Part shown: piece by piece, positions 12,283-24,473 of the stretch | How positions within the stretch are numbered: position 1 is the stretch's first letter | How the letters are laid out: every line of letters starts with the position of its first letter | Source of the DNA: Eutreptiella sp. 'Long Island Sound 2002' | Taxonomy: Eukaryota > Protista > Euglenida | Assembly (NCBI GenBank): GCA_964036045.1 | Contig: OZ038379.1 | Span: 76,136,001-76,200,000 of the forward strand | Reading direction: 5' to 3' | DNA: 64,000 nt | Notes under the pieces: generated by a model | Seen by the model: only the letters and a program-made list of their open reading frames with translations | Databases searched by the model: none | Told to the model about the DNA's origin: nothing | Made by a program: the position numbers and the translations under genes

Positions 12283-12292
12283 AGCAAATGGG

Positions 12293-13790
12293 CTAGGGGC
12301 GCTGAGCTCGTCGCTGCATCAACATCAACGACAAGAGGGGCTCGCCGCCGGGACAAGCTATGTAGAGGGAATTGGCGCAGCTTTGCCACAAATCAAGACA
12401 AGAGGGCTTCCCATGGTTCCTCACTTCTTCACTGTGGTTTGGTGGCACAACTATACTGTGCCAATCAGACCACAGGAGGCGGGCTGTGACAAGTGTCAGT
12501 AGGTACTCATTACCACCATCCTCAAAAGCTAACAACCGGAATAGTACAAGAAAGGACGTGTCTAGTACTTCTAGGGCTAGGTGATGTGTTGCTGGCCGAC
12601 CCTTATACCAATTGCAGTCGCGAACCAACACTCCAAGAACAAACAGGGCTGCAACATACTCTGTCAAAAGCACCAATAGTCCCTTGGCCTATGTTTGACA
12701 ATCCTTCTGCAGCCGATTTTATTGAGCCATAGGTGTTTGCTCCATAATGTCTATTCTTTGTTGTAAAGGTTGCTACCACTTTGGAGCCAAGAGCATAAGG
12801 GACATGAAAAGCCTTTCCTTCCAAATGAGTTTTGGATGTGCATACACAAATGTGTCAGCACTTAGTGGACCGGAAGACGAGCATGTGCAAATAGAAAAAC
12901 ACTTACGGTAGACCACCTCGCAACAATACTTGCAAGGGTGCCAAACGCCATACAATGGAGGACAAGTGCGCAACTTCTCAGCCAATTGGTATGTAGAATA
13001 TGTGCAAGATTAGACGAACTTGCAAATGCTATAACAGATTTTCATGTCTACCAACATGGGGAGGGGACGGGAGCAACGTAGCTGTAATTTCAACACCATG
13101 TCCAAAATCCATGCCAAACCAGCCGGGTCACCAGTTTGGCCCTCACCAACAAAGGGGACCATTGTAAGCTTGTAGCAGCGAGTCCATGGGCATATGTAGA
13201 GCCCAGAGGCGCAAGCTGTCTTATGCTGGACTTTGCTTTTACAATGTGCCTAGTCTTTCCACACAAGCCTCTATCATTGCCGCCCAGCAATTATGCGTAC
13301 CCTCACAGTCAAGTCACATTGTTTGGTATGACAATTGTTATCGTGAGTGTTGGGTCCCTACTCCTCATGAGGCAAATAAACCTTTGAGCTGCACCACATT
13401 TGCCACACTGCCGTTACAACATTCTTTAGCACCTTACCCTTTGTCCTTTAGCTTGCTCAGGCGTTACCTTATGTGACCTGTGTTGTTGTCAATACTCACA
13501 GCAGATTGATCGGCCATATTCACACAACAATGAATGCCCAATTCGCACAGCAATGAATGCCTAGTTAGGTCTTCGTGACATGTGATGTCCAATGGATATG
13601 AAACGGACCGTTAGTAGTGCTTGGCTTCTGGCGAGGTTGCCATTGCCGATGTAACAAACAATAAAGATTAAAGCCAACCTCACATAAATGGCGAAACCAA
13701 GACTTCAGTGTACCCTTAGTCTTGAGGCTTGCAACCACTTCCCTGATGTCTACCATTGTAGAATAATGACAGACGTCGTTCTGCACATCA
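12293..13790 (-). pseudogene. Second, diverged and internally inverted copy of the 2875-4354 transposase family
   Basis: Minus strand: PLPMLVDMKICY, PPLYGVWHPCKY and VLLTEYVAALFVLGVLVRDCNW match copy 1 (LCVDMKIHY, GWHPYKH, VLLNEYCPAAFRIGVLVRDCNW). The VWYDNCY segment (copy 1 LWYDNW) lies on the plus strand at ~13195-13480. Confidence 0.7.
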
Positions 13791-15437
13791 AGGAGGAATT
13801 CAACAAAATATAGTGCCAGGCCCCCAACATCACAAGCACGTTGCAGTATGTGGAGCCCAGTGGTGTAGTCTTGATCAGCAAGAAACTCTCGGTGGGTGTC
13901 ACATCCGTTAAGAAGAACTAGGGATGCAGGAAGTAAAGAACACGACGAAAAATGGGCAACACAGGTAAAAATGCCTCCGCCACGAAAATGGACTTTTTGA
14001 TACTGAAATTAGTGCAAATCACAAAAGTAGCGCTCTTCAAGGCACTTTTGTATTGAATTATTAATGCTGTACGGATCATAACCATCACCTCAGAAAAGAA
14101 AGTGTTTCAGCCCAACTTGGAGGATTCAAAAAAAGAACTTTGTTGAGGCATTGGACAAGGTAAACAATGAGGACGATAAGATGTCAATTTGAATAAAACT
14201 CAGAACCGAATCACACATATGAATATCAATTAGGAATGCGGTAGAGGTGTGTGAGTAGGCTATGAATGACGGACTACAACCACAATCTGCACCAATTACA
14301 CCACATTGACGAGAAACATCACATGTTGACGAATTGGTCCCACTTTGCACTCTTCCGCTTTCCTACTGAGCTCTCATCGCCTTTCGTTATTTGATAATGT
14401 CGCAAACGCTTTCGCAATTGGCGTCCCTGCAGTCCAGACCTAATGCTGCTGCCGACACCCTGGCGCGGTATAAAGCCCCTCCAGTCGCCCATCACCAGAT
14501 GGAGGAGGTGACGTACAACTCTGGGGCGCTGGCAGTCGAAGAAGTTGTGGTCTGGGCAGCATCCCTCGAACCCCGCCCCCAAGGTGATTCACATTGATTT
14601 GCGCAGCCCCTCGCGCAACCTTTACCTTGGGGGAAGGCCTGGTCAACAGAGTTGTGGAGGGAACTCCGCTTCTGGGTTCCCTCCCTTCGTTTTTTGCACC
14701 TTCTCCCCACCCCCGCTACCATGGACCAATTGTTGAATGCAATGCGTACCAACCGGGTGGGGAACACTAAGGGTGGGGAAGACCAAGGACGCCCACGTCA
14801 AAGTGTACCCCACCACTAACCTGGTGCATACCCCCCATTGCGACATGGTGTGCCTTCACGATCCGTGTACCAGTTCACCACCTGCGCATTCCTTTTTCCC
14901 CTTCTTCTGGCACCTTGCCAACCCCTGGTTGTGGAGGATTTGGGCATCGCCCCTTTCCATCCGACCATCCACCCAAAGATTCATATCCCGGACATCACCC
15001 ACCCCACTTTCTACACCACCATTGCTTTGCAATGGTTCCGGGGATCATCCTGTGCCCCCCTCCTTTATTTCAAGCAAACCCCGCCTTCGCACCGAACCCC
15101 TTCCCGACCCCCCCCTTGGGGTGACGTGCGATTCCCCCGCCAAACCCCCACAGGGTTGGCCCCTCGCAGCCCCCCCTACACTTTGTTGATGGGAACGGCT
15201 ACATTGTGCTTCGGGGGTGGTGGATGCAAAGGATGGTGAGGTGGGGTGGAGCAAGGTGATGAGGGCGTACGAATTTCATGGCAACTGACTGTGAAGTGTT
15301 CATTCACACCATGGGGAAATATGGTGAATTCGTACGAATTTCGTACGAATCTCACCGAATTTAGTCACCTTGTGCATTGGGACCGTAGGGTATTGCGTAA
15401 AACCCTCCCCATTTCCACAGGGTTTCCTCCGCACACA

Positions 15438-17010
15438 ATGGGGTGTGGTGACGGGGCACGGTCCAAGGAGCCGTTCCATTTGGTAGCTGATCGCTCGCGA
15501 CGGAGGCGCCTCCAAGACCTTCAGCAAATTGTTAGCACGGAGGTCGCGGCACCCTACACCATGAAGTACCTGCCCGATACCGGGCAAATAGTCCTTACCC
15601 CGGAGACAAGAGTTACACGGACCGTGCAGCCTGAGCCCAGCATGGAGGAGAGGTTGATTATGGCCGTTTGGCGGATCCGGTCATTGCACCTCTCTAGGAC
15701 AGAGGCACAGTACCTAGTGGGGAGCATGACGTACCGTGTGGTATGGGAACAGGTGTACGGCATGCTTCGGAAGCTAGCTTCAACAGAGTGCCGGGCGTTC
15801 ACTGCCTATACGGGAGACGACACGGCCATCCATGGTGCGGCCTGCTACCTCCCTGACCGCACCGGGCACTTGTACAAGTGTCGACCACCCCCACCTTCGG
15901 ACATCATGCAACCTGGGGACCGACGGCTGCATTGGTTGCCTATTGCAGTGGATGGTACATCGAGGCACGAGGCCTCGTATGTGCATTGCACGCTGGGTGG
16001 GACTGCCAGCCCCAACCAACTATCTAGTTGGTGGCTACTAGGGGGCAGTGAAAAGTGGGAGACCCTCTACACGGCCTCCCAAGAAATAGATTTTGATGAA
16101 GAGTTGCGCAAGACCGCAACCATAAGTTTTAAGCATACGGGAGGGAATGATAGGCAGTCCTTTTTTTTTCCGTGTGCAGATGGGAAAGCACACGTGCTCA
16201 TGGCGGGCTGCCAAAATTGGAAGGCAGAATCCCCCGGAGCCACGGTGTGTTGGGTCTGCATGTGGAACCGTGCTCTTTGCCTTGTTGCCTTTGGCACAAC
16301 AACTGGAATAGACGTGGATTGGATAGGGGCTGTTGCCATAGGTTCTATATATAGGACCATTACGGGGGTTAGGGAGTGCCTGAGTATGGCCTCCACAGGG
16401 TCCTCCGTGTCCTGTTGTGCGGCATCAATGGGACACGGGACCTAGTTGTACAATTGACAGGTAAGGCACCGGCCACTATGGTACGCACCATGCTGCAGCC
16501 AATTTTAGATGAGGCACGGCTTGCTGCAAAAACTTGCATTAAATAATGAGAAGGCAAACAGCAAGGGGAAGGTAAGGATGGAGCATGCTGCTGCCATCCA
16601 CTTCATGCTCAACAGGGGATGGGAAAAGGGAATTGATGCTTGCCTACAACACCCCAGTGTGAGGCAACATCAAGTAGCAGGGGGAAGTTGGGAGTCGGTG
16701 TGCAACACGTGGTGGGAGAATTTTGCAAGCATGTGTGTGTTCGCTTGGCGTTTCGCATGGTTCTCTGGAGCCGACTTAGGGCGGCACTGCCCACAATGAG
16801 CTCTAGTGGGGCAAACTTGTGTGGACGCATCTTTGGATCGACCACATGTATTTTTTTTGCAAAGAAGTGGAGAATCTTATCAAAGTTCTCCTGCTTTGCC
16901 ATGGAGGGGAGTCACCGGAGGCTAAAGCGCATGTTGCAAAGCAGCAGGGGCCTAAGCCTCCTCCGGGGGAGACTAGGGGTGCAAGTGGTTGTGGACAACC
17001 ACACCATTGA
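15438..17010 (+). pseudogene. RAG1/Transib-like DDE transposase, about three frameshifts
   Basis: NBD-like GARSKEPFHLVADRSRRRRLQDL, then IAVDGT (D at 15951), LLGGSEKWETL, CADGK...CWVC (D at 16179), VPEYGLH (~16375), WTHLWIDH (16822-16845) and FSCFAMEGSHRRLKRM (E at 16904). These parallel the RAG1 core motifs as remembered (GRPRQHLLSLTRRAQKHRL, SCDG, ADESDHETL, YDEK...CTLC, DALH, FHKTLAH, SEGNESGNK). Confidence 0.6.
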
Positions 17011-17819
17011 TGATAGCCTCGCGGCGCATGGGTGGGATGCGATCAAAAGGGCACAGCACAGGCAAGGGCCCATGAGTGTACAAAGGTACGCAAGCCGTAC
17101 AAGAAGACGGCTTCTAACCGACGTGCAGCACCTTCAGACCCTAGAGCGGCGGTCCTGGGTGTCCTGGCGCCCAGGGCATGTCTTGTCAGATATACGCAGT
17201 GTAATTTTGGGAATTTTGTTTCTCATGGCGGGCACAGTACCAAGCATGTGACCCCGTTTCAGGGATGTGACACCTCCCCCACATGCAGATACTAGCACTC
17301 CCCTCAGCCAGTCAGCCTTATTGGAATGAGCCACGTGCCCCCCTTGGGCGCAGCCCAGGGTGTCCTGACACCCAGGGTGAATATACCTGTTAATCAAGCA
17401 GACGAGAACATGATGGGACAGCAGCTGTTCAAAGCCCTGCTTTCGAGGGACCTTAGGCTTAGCAAGGGTACAGGGGGACAAGTAGGGGGAAGCAGCAGGA
17501 CGGATCAGGTCACAGGCAGAGCAGGCCACCACAGAGCCAGCACTTATGCACCTCTGACTGTACATACTGAACTCCAAGAACCTTCGGAACGCTGCAGTGG
17601 CTATGATCCCAGCTTTGAGGGGCTGAGGGGAGCATTCAGGCATTTGAAAACCTCGAATGAGACCTAGAGCGGCGGTTTCCATGTCGCAAGAGACGGATGT
17701 GAGAATACAACATGACCCCGAACCATTGTTACCTTGGCCAGGGTGCTTGCAGGGGTGCATGGGGGGGTGTACTCCGGGTGTTAGGGCAAATGACGGGGTG
17801 CACAAGGGTGAAATTTGGA

Positions 17820-17906
17820 TGAATTCGTATGAATTCGCACGAAATTCGTGCGAATTCGTTTCGTATGAATTCGCACGAAATTCGTGCGAATTCATACGAA
17901 TTCATG
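17820..17906. repeat. Palindromic GAATTCG(C/T)ACGAAATTCG arrays; an inverted counterpart lies at 15326-15361
   Basis: The right block has acgaaattcgt and the left block has the reverse complement acgaatttcgt, so the two bracket the RAG1-like ORF in inverted orientation. Confidence 0.8.
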
Positions 17907-18685
17907 CCTATGGATCGGCTACAGGCTTGCCGGGTTTTGCCACTTTTCATTTTGGGCGCCGTTTGGGTGTGGTGGATGCGTTTGGGGCGGGACTTTCACT
18001 GGATGATGGGTAATGAAGGTGGGGCATCAATTTTACCCCCTCAACTCCCTCAAAGCAACCACTGTGGCGTTTTCCTCAAAGAACCTCAAAAATTGGGGTA
18101 AATTCGCGCGAATTCGAATCCTCCATTGAAACGGCCGCTTATCCCCCGTTCACGAAGGGTACAAGGCAGGTTCTCTTTGAGGAGTGGATCAGCAGTGTAC
18201 AACAATGTACTTTATATATGGGTGATGGTGATGGTGGTGGTTGGGGGGGGGGGGGCACAACTTGATTCGATGATCGTCGTTAGGTATGTTACACAGCTCA
18301 CACCGGGCGCGCGCACCAACAATCGGCTCTAAAAACGCTTCCGATTGATCCAGAGGTGTGGGGAGAACAGATTTCAACTTTAGTTGGAAAATGCTGCCCA
18401 CAATTGGGTGCAGTGCCCCCCACAGACCGGTCGGGGACAATGCTTCTGATGTCGGAAGCAACGCTCCCGATGACCGGGGGATGATTTGAGCCGTAGCTGA
18501 CAATGTTGCTAGCAAAATTGGGAGAATGATTGTCACCAAGGGTTGGCATGGTGCCAAGTATTTCGGTACCCCAAAAAAAGTTCTGTGCTGTGCGTTTGAG
18601 CGACATGTGTGCAGATTTGGGGAGGGGTGGGGCTCTTTGGTGTCTTTGATTTTTCACATGAGTCGTTCAGAAAATGGCGGACCTA

Positions 18686-19810
18686 GTTCAAAAAGCAGTT
18701 TTTGGAACATTTTTTGAATTTTGAACATTCAAACTTGAACAACTCTCCTTGCCTACACAAAGCAAAGCAAACCACAACAACCTTTCACTATGCTGCTCCC
18801 CCAATATCACATGGATGTCCTCCAGGGACACCCCAAGGGCCCCATGGTGCCCCTTAGAGTTCGCGAGACGCTTGGGTCCCCCAAAGGGGTTGGGTGTCTG
18901 AGGTTCGTCGGCGGACCCAATGGCAGGCTGCGCGGCGGCCTTTGCCGCTTGGGGGGGGGGGGGGGGGGCTCATCTTCTTGCGTGGGGGGGTGGGGGGGGG
19001 GCTGCTGCACCCCCCCCCCTTCCGCTCACAGCTCTTTACCACTGCACCTTGGCTACCTCCTCGGTTGCAAAGCACACATGTGCCGCCACCTGGTAAGCTC
19101 CCCCCCCCCCCCCCGGGGGGTGTGGTGCACCCACTTGTACCGCCCCCTTCACCAACCCTGTCATCCCCCCCCCCCCCCCTTGCTCACCCTCTATGGCCAC
19201 GGCACCTACACTAGCGTGCCTGCAGGACGTCCCCCCCCCCCCGCTCTCTCCCCTTTAGCCGCTCCTCCCCGCCCCCCTTTGCCTCTACTCCCTTCACCTT
19301 TTTCTCCCCTACCCCCTTGGCTTGCTTTTACTTACCATCCCCCGCGGTTTACCCCTTGCCCTTGCCCTTCGTTGCCCCCTTCTTCTTTGGCGGCTGCGGG
19401 GCCCCCAAATGCACCTCCTTGATGCTCTCGCTGCTTGACCTCTCCGCGTTGGTCCAGCTGCCGGGGCTGCTATAGGAGGAGAAGGAGGACAAGCTTGGCC
19501 CATGGGGCCGTTGCTACTTCTGGACATAGCCCTCATTGTCCGATTCCAAGTTGCGTCGGGCGGGCGTCCGGGCTACCGGGTTGTCCTCGGTGGTGACGGA
19601 GGCTGGAGTAGACGGCTTTGGTGTGCGGGGACGTACCAGCGTGGCCGATGTCCACCAACGCCGCCCACCAATGAAGCGGCTTCCCAATGGTCGCCCACAA
19701 GCCGTTGTTCAATTTTGAATGTTTTAAAAACTTGTTCGAATCTTCTACAAACATGAGATCTGCTCAACACTGCTCATTTTTGAATTTGATTTTTCAAATT
19801 TGAACGTCTG
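18686..19810. repeat. C/G-run-rich segment bracketed by inverted TTCAAA/TTTGAA modules
   Basis: cattcaaacttgaac (18726-18740) versus gttcaattttgaatg (19707-19721). Related modules lie at 20550-20650, 21140-21345 and 22075-22190. Confidence 0.55.
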
Positions 19811-19940
19811 CCTGAACGGTCACCAACATTTACCAACAGGCCGGGGGGGGGGGGGGGGCAAGGGGGCAGACCTGCACTGCTTGGCTGCCATTGAGGGTGC
19901 AGTGCTAAGGTTGCTAGGGGCAGCACCCGGAGCGTGGAGG

Positions 19941-20988
19941 GCCATTTGCTATCGCGCTTGCCCCCCCCCCCCCCCCCCAACCATGTCCTCTCCTTCCTTT
20001 TTTAGGTTTCTGAAGTGCCGGCAGTGGCCAAGATGATGGGGCGAGTGCCTAGATGGCTTGGGGTAGTGTCCACGGTGTTGCTGGCACTGCCCCAGCCGCT
20101 GTGGGCAGTGCCCAGACTGTTGAGGGAAGTGCGCAGATTGCTAGTGCCCAAAGTGTTGCTGGCAGTGCCCAAGGTGAAGGGGGCAGTGCCCAAAATTATT
20201 GAGGGCGGTGCCCACATTGCTACGGACAGTGCCCAGACTTTTGAGTGCCATGCCCAGACTGTTTGAGGGCAGCGCCCAAATGGCTTGGGACAGTGCCCAC
20301 ATTGTTGCTGGCAGTGCCTGGCTGGTGGCAGTGCCTGGCTTGCTGGTGGCAATGCCCAGCTTCCAGAATGCTGCGGACAGTGCCCAGACTGTTGAGTGCG
20401 GTGCCCAGACTCTTTGAGGGCAGTGCCTAGATGGCTTGGGCTAGTGCCCACAGTGTTGCCGGCAGTGCCCGGCTTGCTGGTGGCAGCGCCCAGATTGTTG
20501 GGGGCAGGGCCCATACAGCTACTTGCTGCAATGATGGCGGTCCACCTAAAACCAAATGTTCAAAACAGAAAATTCAAAAAAGAAAAATTCAAATTCAAAC
20601 AGATGTCACTTCAGAGCCTAGTTCTTAAAAGTTTTTTGACTTTTGAACATTCACTTTTGAAGAAAAAGGTGTGGGCACTGCCCTCATTAGTATGGGCACT
20701 TCCCCTAGCAAGCTGGGCACTGCCACCAGCTAGCCGGCCAATGCCACCAGCAAGGCGGGCAGTGGACCATCAGGGCACTACCCCAAGCCATTTGGGCACT
20801 GCCCCCATCAGCTTGGGCACTGCCAGCAACACTTTGGGCACTACCCCAAGCCATCTGGGCACTACCCCAAGCCATCAAGGCACTGCCCCCATCATCTTGG
20901 GCACTGCCAGCACTTCACAAACCTAAAACGGAGCGACAGGACATGGTTGTGTGTGTGGGGGGTGGGGGCAAGCGCGATAGCAAAGGGC
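19941..20988. mobile_element. Foldback-type non-autonomous element with long TIRs built from ~21-bp (gg)cagtgccc subrepeats
   Basis: The left end tttgctatcgcgcttgccccc..caaccatgtcct..ttttaggttt.tgaagtgc.ggcagtg.ccaagatgat is the reverse complement of the right end. Subrepeats read cagtgccc in 20020-20510 and gggcactg in 20670-20915, around an AT-rich spacer. No TSD was found. Confidence 0.85.
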
Positions 20989-21040
20989 ACCAAGCCATGT
21001 CACACCACATCACAGCACATCATAGCACACCACACCCGTG

Positions 21041-21071
<31 letters not shown>

Positions 21072-21323
21072 TGTGGTGTGTGTGTGTGTGTTTGTGTGTG
21101 TGTAGGGGGAGAGGGGTTGTAGTGCAAATTTTGTGTTGCTGCAACCTTCTTCGATGTATTTTAAAATTTGAAGGCCAAAAAAACAAACGTTCAGTTTTAA
21201 AAGTTCAAAAACAATTTTGAAACTTATGAAACCAGTTTTTTGGGCAATTTTGACGTTTTTTGAAAGCTTTTTGAATTTTGAACATTCAAATTTGAACGAC
21301 TGGGTAGCAAAGCTTTTGAACAT

Positions 21324-22070
21324 TCAAATTTGAACGACCGGGTAGCAAAGCGAATTAGCAAACGGTATGTTACAACGGTATGTTACTTGCAGGTTGTCCC
21401 GCCATATGGCACCAAGCTGGGCCATATCCTTGTCACCACAGACTGCCATGCCGATGACCCAATGGTAGGCCGGGTCGCGGGTGGTTGGCCAACGCGATGC
21501 GCAGGTGGCTCTAGCTTCCCCTGCGCAGGGAATCGCATCGCCCCGTGTACAAACGGGCCGCAGAAACGGCCGTCCGGTCTTCAAGGAGTATTGTAGACCC
21601 TGCCAGGTGAAGAACTCCGACAGGGCACGGAAGCCGGACTTAGGGGCCTTCAAGGCCACAACCAGTTCTATGGCACCAAGCGGAGTGATCAACAACTCCG
21701 CATATGCGTCCTCCGCGGCACGCACCCCATCCTCCACGGTGGCTTGCTCCCACTGGGCCTTGCAATGTGGGGAGGACACCGAACATTGGACCAGTAGGTG
21801 GCCCACTCGGGCATCTAATAGGTTGGCCGCCCCGCTCAAGCGAAATAATATCGTCGAGCGCTCCGCAATCATAGCTGGCCCATAGAGTGGCGCCGTGGTG
21901 GCGCTCATGTTGGTGGCCCCAAAGGGGCAACAACAAAGTGAAGGGCTACACGAACAATGGTATGTACGGGGCACTAGTACCATAGAGTCCTCAAACAAAC
22001 CTCCCCTACAGCAAATGAGCACACCCGGGTGTACTGTTGGGGGTGCACAACACGCGGTATGCTGTAACAT
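21324..22070 (-). other. Open 248-codon frame of unknown nature between two TTCAAA/TTTGAA modules
   Basis: Uninterrupted ORF with protein-like composition in its central part but no recognised domain. A 37-bp tandem duplication lies at its left edge (21278-21351). Confidence 0.3.
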
Positions 22071-22379
22071 TACCTCAGAAAAAAGTGTTCAAAAACGACA
22101 ATTTTGTTCAAAAAACTGTTTGAATTTGAAAGTTCAAAAAAGAAAGTTTCAAAATTGAATATTTCTTTTTGAACGTCATTATGTTTCAAACAGGTTCCCG
22201 GGGCTGTCGTTGATGGGGAACGTGTGCAGCTGTTCAAGCTGTTCAAGACGATGTGGGACTGCAAGAAGAAGTTCCACACTGTCCCTGTTTAGAACACAGA
22301 AGGGGCACCTGAAAACTGATGAATGGATGCAGTGCATAGAGCCTTTTGCTCATTTGCATTATGCGCATGGCACCATCAG

Positions 22380-24473
22380 CATCTATGCATGTCACCGTCA
22401 CCCACCAACAGGAACTCCACGGGATCACCCTACACTACACGGGCGAACCCACCGCTGCACGGTGGTACACTGACGGATCGAAACGACATGGTAGGGCGGG
22501 GAGGGGGCATCTATAATGGAAATTTCCGGGCGGCCTTCCGCGTGCACAGGCCACAGCAAGTGTACCGTACCGAAACAATCGTGTGTGCCGTGGCCTCCGA
22601 ACTTGCTCGGGAGGGGAACGAGGTCATCTTAGATAACCAAGGCGTCGTCAAGGCGACCCGACGAAACGACGTGGGGTGGTTAAAGACCAAGACTGCCGAG
22701 ACATAGGCTACCACAATGCCTCCACGAAATGCCTCACTATACGCTGGACCCCCGGGCATCGAAAATTAGAGCAAGCAACCACCTATAATGACTACAAGGA
22801 TATACAAGGGAACAACAACTCCGACACGCTAGCCAATATGGGTGGTGACAACCTGCCCATGGACTCCCGACACCCGCAACCCCATGACATTGTCCTAGTG
22901 GGACAGATCATGCCCACGCCCGCTAAGGCATGGATCATGCAAGTGCGTAGACAGAAACACACCGCGGATGTACACTGGGTGAGCTGGATCCCCATGAAAC
23001 ACTATAGACGAAACGCTTGGACCCCTTGGCTCTGGGGCCACGTGCGATGGTGGGGCATCGGCACCCCTTGGGAACGACTACCCGTACTGTGTGCCCACCG
23101 CGGGCAACATCATGGGGCGTCAGTCCAATCACGGCTAGCACACTGCCCTGCCTGGAGCGACTTCTGGGACATGTGGCACCGGAGCTGGACCGACTGACTA
23201 CGCCTGCCAATGGCAGGCCACGGCCACCAGCCACAAATGGTGGTTATGTGCCAAGTTACTGATCCCGTTATCACTCATCGACACCATACCCCATATGGAA
23301 CGACACAAACCACAAGCCGAGGTTGGACTCTTCCAGTTTTGGATGATCCAGGGCGTCCAGGTCCTGAGACGGAAACTAGCCGACCCCACACCACTACAGC
23401 CTCCTTCCCCCTTATGGCTGACGAGGTTCATCGCACAGCCCCACCCCCCACGAGAAACCGCACGGAACCTCCACGACAAAGTAGGGGCACCGCAGCAATA
23501 CCCAAACCGGAACCGAAAACACAAGGCAGAGGCGACAGCAACAGTAACAGTAGACACCGAACTGTGGCTGCAAGCAGCTCGCGCGGCAAACGATGGGGAG
23601 GCAATAACCTGGTTTACCAATACACATAGGCCACAAAAACAGATACACGAGGAGTGCACATCAAAACGCAGACGCCTCAACAACCTAGACTACCGGTGGA
23701 AGCACCACCTCTCACTCCTCGACAAACTAGCGGTACAACACGCCCACCGGGCATCCGAGTGTTACCATTATGCCCACGTCAATGAAACAACACTACACCA
23801 TATCCGGGAATTACGCACCACATACGCAAAAACACTGACGGCCAAACAGGATCACCACCTGCTGGTAACAAACTTACTGAGGGAGCACATAGAAACACAA
23901 CGCCATACGAACACATATACTGCACTGTGCTTGGAGCGCAGACAATTGTACGAACAGGCAAAGCACTCCACCATGCAGCAGTACAACAGCGCAAAAACGT
24001 CTTACCTCATGCATGAGAAGTACACACGCCTGTGCACGAACTCAGACCTGCTCCTCACAGACCACAGAAGACAGGCCCAGTATGCTCTCCTTCAGCAGGG
24101 GCGTTTTATCCAACTAGACCATGCCACAGCTACCGCATGCCGAAAAAAGATAGCCGTGTTCTGGGACGCAACCAGACAGGCACGACAGACCATATACTTA
24201 GCCGGGAAACGGACACGGGAACAGTGGTACCCCACCTTGTGGGAAGTCCCGCTGCAACCGCTACCAAAACGACAAAACGCACACTAGGATCCAAACGAGT
24301 GGGAAATCCAACTAACATGGCAACACCAACACCTATAGGAAACCATGGGGGCACAACCATGAGCTGCAGCCCGTATGCTCACCCTGGCACAGCCAAAATC
24401 TGTACTTATCGCTCTGAACTTGCCCGCAGCGGCGCCTGGCACATTTGGAACTAGCCTCTTTGATAAAAAAAAA
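22380..24473 (+). mobile_element. 5'-truncated non-LTR retrotransposon (LINE) 3' part with RNase H and a probable poly(A) end
   Basis: VVYTDGSKRHGRAGGG...ETIVCAVA...VILDNQGVV...IRWTPGHR...GNNNSDTLANMG is RNase H (with frameshifts). It is followed by a Trp/Cys-rich region (PWLWG..C..G.HH...HC), a 330-aa ORF (23295-24287) and ttgat(a)9 at 24460-24473. Confidence 0.8.

Noticed and set aside
14400-15240. LINE reverse transcriptase fragment (GVP...FLFPLLL...VVED)
   Set aside because: Too degenerate; the QGxxLSP and YADD motifs cannot be read convincingly.
18189-18557. Leucine-rich-repeat gene fragment (minus strand)
   Set aside because: Only a vague LxGxLP-like pattern, with no conserved LxxLxLxxN and no splice context.
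20002-20926. Repetitive proteins (LGTAP/AVPR repeats)
   Set aside because: These are translations of the foldback element's 21-bp subrepeats in several frames.
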